In this document: positions 7,278 to 10,711 of the stretch, one piece after another
Position numbering within the stretch: position 1 is the first letter of the stretch
Layout: each line of letters starts with the position of its first letter
Assembly (NCBI GenBank): GCA_024638445.1
Contig: JAHEKH010000089.1
Span: 1-10,711 of the forward strand
Direction: 5' to 3'
Source of the DNA: Gammaproteobacteria bacterium
GTDB lineage: Bacteria > Pseudomonadota > Gammaproteobacteria > Steroidobacterales > JABDKV01
Length of the DNA: 10,711 nt
The notes under the pieces: generated by a model
What the model was told of the DNA's origin: nothing
The model's input: the letters and a program-made list of their open reading frames with translations, nothing else
The model's database searches: none
Made by a program: the position numbers and the translations under genes

Positions 7278-8765
7278 ATGAACAACGAACACGACCTCGA
7301 GCTGATCCTCAATTCCCAGGTGCCCCTGATCGTGGTGGAAACCCACGACGAACCACCGATGCTCGAGCTGCTCAAGCGCGTTTCGCTGAGCCGCAACGCC
7401 GCCGACTACCAGCCGGTTTTCCGCTGGACGATTACCGACGGGCTGCAACGCATGGAGCTGGCGCTGCAGGACGACACCGAGGAACTCGACCCCGAGCAGG
7501 TGTTGCGGCATATCCGCAGGACCCAGCAGACCGGCATCTACGTGCTGCTGGATTTCCACCCGTACCTGAAAGACCCGGTCAATATCCGGTTGCTGAAAGA
7601 CATCTGCATCGATTTTCCGCAGGCGAAGCGTCATGTGGTTTTGCTGAGTCACCAGCTGGAGCTGCCGCCTGAACTGGAGGCCTTTGGCGCGCGTTTCCAT
7701 ATCGCCCTGCCCAACGAGCGGCAGCGCAACGAGATCATTCGCGAAGTCGCCTCCGAATGGCGCGAGGCCAAAGGCAAGACCGTGTCGGCCGATCCCCGCG
7801 CGCTGGAGCTGCTGGTCACGAACCTCGCCGGCCTGACCGAATCCGATACCCGCCGGCTGGCGCGTAACGCCATTTTCAATGACGGCGCAATTACCCGCAG
7901 TGATCTCGAAGGCGTGATGGCGGCCAAGTACGAGCTACTCAACCGCGGCGGCGTGCTCGGCTTTGAATACGAAACCCACCGGTTCTCCGACGTGGCCGGG
8001 CTGAGCCGGCTGAAGGCCTGGCTGGAGCAACGCAAGCCGGCTTTTCTCGGCGAGGCGCAGGCCGCCGGGCTGGACGTGCCTCGCGGGGTGCTGCTGATCG
8101 GCGTGCAGGGCTGCGGCAAAAGCCTGACCGCGAAAGCAACTGCCGGTGTTTACGGCGTGCCGCTGCTGCGGCTGGACTTCGGCACGCTGTACAACAAGTA
8201 TCACGGCGAGAGCGAGCGCAACCTGCGCGAGTCCCTGAAAACCGCTGAAGTAATGGCGCCGTGCGTGCTGTGGATCGACGAGATCGAAAAGGGGTTGTCG
8301 ACCGGGCACGATTCCACCGGCACGACCCGGCGGGTGCTGGGCACTTTCCTGACCTGGCTGGCGGAAAAAAACTCGCCGGTGTTTGTCGTCGCGACCGCCA
8401 ACGACATCTCGGCGCTGCCACCCGAACTGGTGCGCAAGGGCCGTTTCGACGAGCTGTTCTTCGTCGATCTTCCCGATTCGGATGTCCGTATGGCCATTTT
8501 CGAGGTGCACCTGCGTTTTCGAGGGCACGACCCGGCGGCGTTCGACCTCGCAAGGCTCGAGGCTGCGGCGGACGGTTTTTCCGGCGCCGAAATCGAGCAG
8601 GGCATCGTATCCGCGCTCTATGCCGCGCATGCCAAGCGCGAACCTTTATCGACCGCACACATCCTGCGCGAACTGGAACGGACCCAGCCGTTATCGGTCG
8701 TTATGGCCGAGACCGTGCACGCACTGCGAAGCTGGGCCGACGGCCGTACGGTGCCGGGACACTGA
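7278..8765 (+). CDS. Classical-clade AAA+ ATPase (FtsH/Cdc48/Vps4-type module) with a ~270-aa N-terminal domain of unknown function
   Basis: Walker [14 protein letters not shown], Walker [11 protein letters not shown] and the second region of homology [29 protein letters not shown], followed by a helical lid. Start placed at ATG 7278, the first ATG clear of the tRNA genes. No clear SD (only 48 nt after tRNA-Val). The longer ORF from 7119 would overlap two tRNA genes. Confidence 0.75.
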   Translation: MNNEHDLELILNSQVPLIVVETHDEPPMLELLKRVSLSRNAADYQPVFRWTITDGLQRMELALQDDTEELDPEQVLRHIRRTQQTGIYVLLDFHPYLKDPVNIRLLKDICIDFPQAKRHVVLLSHQLELPPELEAFGARFHIALPNERQRNEIIREVASEWREAKGKTVSADPRALELLVTNLAGLTESDTRRLARNAIFNDGAITRSDLEGVMAAKYELLNRGGVLGFEYETHRFSDVAGLSRLKAWLEQRKPAFLGEAQAAGLDVPRGVLLIGVQGCGKSLTAKATAGVYGVPLLRLDFGTLYNKYHGESERNLRESLKTAEVMAPCVLWIDEIEKGLSTGHDSTGTTRRVLGTFLTWLAEKNSPVFVVATANDISALPPELVRKGRFDELFFVDLPDSDVRMAIFEVHLRFRGHDPAAFDLARLEAAADGFSGAEIEQGIVSALYAAHAKREPLSTAHILRELERTQPLSVVMAETVHALRSWADGRTVPGH

Positions 8766-8797
8766 GTCGCATCGCGGCCGGGCAGAACCTCCCTGCC

Positions 8798-8872
8798 TGG
8801 TGCGGACAGCGGGAGCTGAACCCGCGGCTCTGCACCGGCAACGCATTGCTCTCCCCTTAAGCGGACATCCGC
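8798..8872 (-). tRNA. tRNA-Gly (anticodon GCC)-like, 75 nt, CCA encoded, non-canonical
   Basis: GCGGATG TCC GCTT AAGGGGA GAGC A ATGCG TTGCCGG TGCAG AGCC GCGGG TTCAGCT CCCGC TGTCCGC A CCA. The acceptor and T-stem pair. The T-loop TTCAGCT is atypical. The anticodon stem is weak (A27:G43), and there is an extra nt at positions 8-9. Confidence 0.5.
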
Positions 8873-8881
8873 AGGTCTTGT

Positions 8882-8956
8882 TGGTGGACCGTGAAGGACT
8901 TCAACCCTCATCTCGCCGGGTAAGAACCGGGTGCTCTGGCATTGAGCTAACGATCC
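8882..8956 (-). tRNA. tRNA-Lys (anticodon CUU), 75 nt, CCA encoded
   Basis: GGATCGT TA GCTC AATGCCA GAGC A CCCGG TTCTTAC CCGGC GAGAT GAGGG TTGAAGT CCTTC ACGGTCC A CCA. The D-loop lacks G18G19. The T-loop has G56 instead of C56. C27:C43 mismatch. Confidence 0.6.
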
Positions 8957-8961
8957 GTATC

Positions 8962-9036
8962 TGGGGTGGCCGGCCGGGTTTGCACCGGCATCGTCCGGGT
9001 TCACGGCCCGGGGCTTTGCCTTTAAGCGACAGCCAC
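8962..9036 (-). tRNA. tRNA-His (anticodon GUG)-like, 75 nt, discriminator C, CCA encoded
   Basis: GTGGCTG TC GCTT AAAGGCA AAGC C CCGGG CCGTGAA CCCGG ACGAT GCCGG TGCAAAC CCGGC CGGCCAC C CCA. C33 replaces U33. T-loop TGCAAAC. There is no encoded G-1: the upstream base is T. Confidence 0.55.
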
Positions 9037-9041
9037 AGAGC

Positions 9042-9116
9042 TGGTCGGGGAAAAAGGAATCGAACCTTCTGTCACGCGGGCCCAAACCGCGAGCTTTGCC
9101 ACTAAGCTATTCCCCG
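9042..9116 (-). tRNA. tRNA-Pro (anticodon UGG), 75 nt, CCA encoded, near-canonical
   Basis: CGGGGAA TA GCTT AGTGGCA AAGC T CGCGG TTTGGGC CCGCG TGACA GAAGG TTCGATT CCTTT TTCCCCG A CCA. C1:G72 and G37 are as expected for Pro. Confidence 0.8.
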
Positions 9117-9123
9117 GGGAAAC

Positions 9124-9197
9124 TGGTTGCGCGAGCCGGAATCGAACCAGCGTCTCGCCCTTATCAGGGGCGTGCTCTTTCATTGAGCTATCGCGCT
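9124..9197 (-). tRNA. tRNA-Ile (anticodon GAU), 74 nt, CCA encoded
   Basis: AGCGCGA TA GCTC AATGAAA GAGC A CGCCC CTGATAA GGGCG AGAC GCTGG TTCGATT CCGGC TCGCGCA A CCA. The anticodon arm is nearly identical to enterobacterial tRNA-Ile(GAU). A1:A72 mismatch. The D-loop lacks GG. Confidence 0.65.
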
Positions 9198-9204
9198 CGA
9201 GATC

Positions 9205-9280
9205 TGGAGAACCGGACGGGACCCGAACCTGCAATCGCCAGGTTGAGAGCCTGGCCGCTTATCGGTTTGCGTACCGGTTC
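9205..9280 (-). tRNA. tRNA-Glu (anticodon CUC)-like, 76 nt, CCA encoded
   Basis: GAACCGG TA CGCA AACCGATA AGCG G CCAGG CTCTCAA CCTGG CGATT GCAGG TTCGGGT CCCGT CCGGTTC T CCA. 3-bp D-stem with no GG in the D-loop. The T-loop has G58. A51:C63 mismatch. Confidence 0.55.
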
Positions 9281-9286
9281 AGTGTT

Positions 9287-9361
9287 TGGCGCCCCGTGCG
9301 AGATTCGAACTCGCGTCTGGCGGATCGACAGTCCGCTGCTTTACGCTCAAGCTAACGAGGC
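9287..9361 (-). tRNA. tRNA-Asp (anticodon GUC), 75 nt, discriminator G, CCA encoded
   Basis: GCCTCGT TA GCTT GAGCGTA AAGC A GCGGA CTGTCGA TCCGC CAGAC GCGAG TTCGAAT CTCGC ACGGGGC G CCA. All stems pair, but the D-loop lacks GG. Confidence 0.7.
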
Positions 9362-9399
9362 GGGTTGATATCAGGCCGTTCTCCGCTCTGCTCGTGTCT

Positions 9400-9417
9400 C
9401 CGGTAAAATGATACCGG
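9400..9417. promoter_or_regulatory. Palindrome ccggta-aaatga-taccgg in the divergent region between the tRNA array (minus) and the transporter gene (plus)
   Basis: Perfect 6-bp arms read directly from the sequence. It sits 46 nt upstream of the EamA start and 39 nt upstream of the first tRNA 5' end. No convincing -35/-10 hexamers could be assigned. Confidence 0.3.
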
Positions 9418-9462
9418 TTTCAATCGCCCGGCCCGGTTCCCCGAACCAGCGGAGTGTTTCCA

Positions 9463-10335
9463 ATGTTCGCCAGAATCGATGCGCGTGTCCTGGTCGTGCT
9501 CGGCGCCGTGTTGTTTTCCACCGGTGGTGCCGCTATCAAGGGCACGACACTCACCGGTTGGCAGGTCGCCGCGTTCCGGTCCGGTGTAGCCTGCATCGCG
9601 CTCCTGGTCATGATTCCGTCGGTGCGCCGAGAGCTGTCCTGGCGGGTGCTGCCGGTGTCGGTCGTGTATGCGACGACGCTGGCGTTGTATGTGCTGGCCA
9701 ATAAGCTCACGACGGCCGCCAACACCATTTTTCTGCAGTCCACGGCGCCACTGTATCTGTTGTTTCTCGGGCCGTTGCTGCTGCGCGAGCATACGCAAAA
9801 ACGCGACTGGTGGTTCATCGTTGCCCTGGCAGGCGGACTGGCGCTGTTTTTTGTGTCGATCGACGCACCAACCGAAACCGCACCGGCACCGCTCGCGGGC
9901 AACCTGCTCGGCGGACTCGCGGGCTTTAGCTGGGCGCTGACACTGCTCGGGCTGCGCTGGCTGGCCATCAGTGCCGGACCCGGATCAGCCGCCGCGGCGG
10001 CCGCAACCGGGAATCTGCTGACCTTCCTCGTTTGTGCTTACTGGGCGTTTCCGGTCGTCGACAGCGCACCGCGCGACTGGCTGTTGATCGCTTACCTGGG
10101 TGTGTTCCAGATCGGGGTTGCGTACGTGCTGGTTACCGCCGCGATGCACCGGGTATCCGCCCTGGAGGCGTCGCTACTGATCCTGATCGAGCCGGTGCTG
10201 AATCCCGTCTGGGCGTGGTTGTTTCTCGATGAGACCCCCGGCCGGCTCGCGCTGCTCGCGGGATCTCTCATCCTGGTGAGTATTACCGTGAGGACGCTGC
10301 AGCAACGCCGGTTGCCGAACTCTGGCGAACCCTGA
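9463..10335 (+). CDS. EamA / DMT-superfamily (drug-metabolite transporter) membrane protein, ~10 TM helices
   Basis: 290 aa and almost entirely hydrophobic, with two EamA-like halves (LANKLTTAANTIFLQSTAPLYLLFLGPLLLRE and LVTAAMHRVSALEASLLILIEPVLNPVWAWLFLDE). GGAG lies 8 nt upstream of ATG 9463. The GTG at 9454 from the ORF track lacks spacing to that SD. Confidence 0.7.
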   Translation: MFARIDARVLVVLGAVLFSTGGAAIKGTTLTGWQVAAFRSGVACIALLVMIPSVRRELSWRVLPVSVVYATTLALYVLANKLTTAANTIFLQSTAPLYLLFLGPLLLREHTQKRDWWFIVALAGGLALFFVSIDAPTETAPAPLAGNLLGGLAGFSWALTLLGLRWLAISAGPGSAAAAAATGNLLTFLVCAYWAFPVVDSAPRDWLLIAYLGVFQIGVAYVLVTAAMHRVSALEASLLILIEPVLNPVWAWLFLDETPGRLALLAGSLILVSITVRTLQQRRLPNSGEP

Positions 10336-10443
10336 CCCGTTTCGGCGCAGGGCATCGCGCGCCGGCCGGACGCAGCGATTCAGTCGCAACTACGCCGTTG
10401 AATTGCCGGCCTTGTGGCGCAGCCCGGGCCCGGCTCCCGGCGG

Positions 10444-10711
10444 CTACTGATTCCTGAGAATCTGCTCGAACTCCAGGTTGTCGTTAACGATGTAAACATC
10501 GTGGTAACGAACGGAGCCGAGCGCGTAAGTGAAACGGACCCGGTACATGCCGGTCTCGGGACCGTGATAGTAGAATTTGCTGCCGTCCGCTGCGACGAAA
10601 TCCGGTTCGTCAGGCCTGCGCCACGTGTGGTTCACGGAACACGACCGGTACGCATCGGGACTACCCGGATACGTGGTCTTGCAGCCGAAGAATCCATCCA
10701 GCACCTCGCCA
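10444..10711 (-). CDS. Hypothetical protein, C-terminal fragment (gene continues past the window end)
   Basis: Minus-strand ORF with stop TAG at 10446-10444, open to the window edge. Cys/Tyr/His-rich composition (FFGCKTTYPGSPDAYRSCSVNHTW...YYHGPETGMYRVRF) with no motif I recognise. Confidence 0.35.
   Translation of the reverse strand, partial: GEVLDGFFGCKTTYPGSPDAYRSCSVNHTWRRPDEPDFVAADGSKFYYHGPETGMYRVRFTYALGSVRYHDVYIVNDNLEFEQILRNQ

Noticed and set aside
7935-8658. Several 130-240-aa minus-strand ORFs inside the ATPase gene
   Set aside because: Arg-rich antisense frames. The + strand has an intact Walker A/B/SRH AAA module.
8383-9105. 240-aa + strand ORF running from the ATPase 3' region through the second tRNA block
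   Set aside because: Out of frame with the ATPase, low-complexity, and it covers four well-formed tRNA genes.
9362-9462. Sigma70 promoter hexamers for the tRNA array (TTGAAA / GATATC) and for the EamA gene (TTGATA / TAAAAT)
   Set aside because: Candidate hexamers exist, but the spacings are 33-44 nt, far from the 16-19 nt required. I cannot support a promoter call without expression data.
1-10711. CRISPR array, integrase/transposase, or toxin-antitoxin pair
   Set aside because: No regularly spaced direct repeats. No ORF with recombinase or transposase motifs. No small overlapping gene pair with toxin-like features in this window.

Overview
This is a GC-rich bacterial window (likely proteobacterial, roughly 63-65% GC) that reads like an accessory region, not core genome. 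It holds three things.

First, a translationally coupled pair of caspase-fold protease genes. The upstream gene is a 5'-truncated C14/metacaspase-type protein whose catalytic DCCHSG motif sits at nt 1-18. It is followed by a 741-aa CHAT-domain protein with a single predicted transmembrane helix and a large C-terminal domain. A small 3-TM membrane protein and a secreted TonB-C-like protein overlap each other downstream, and an SPFH/band-7 gene lies convergent to them.

Second, a tRNA gene array on the minus strand, split into blocks of 5 and 7 genes with 5-9 nt spacers. Every gene has a different amino-acid identity, and every gene except the degenerate terminal copy encodes CCA. Many carry non-canonical features: C33, missing G18G19, A1:A72 mismatches, odd T-loops, and one 6-nt anticodon loop. 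Several have C34 anticodons (Glu-CUC, Lys-CUU, Gln-CUG, Leu-CAG).

Third, a classical-clade AAA+ ATPase gene sits on the opposite strand exactly between the two tRNA blocks. An EamA/DMT transporter gene and a partial minus-strand ORF close the window.

The intergenic region 6163-6660 contains nested perfect palindromes. No CRISPR array, integrase or transposase is visible in the window. All calls come from manual reading of the sequence and the supplied ORF track; no database search was possible.
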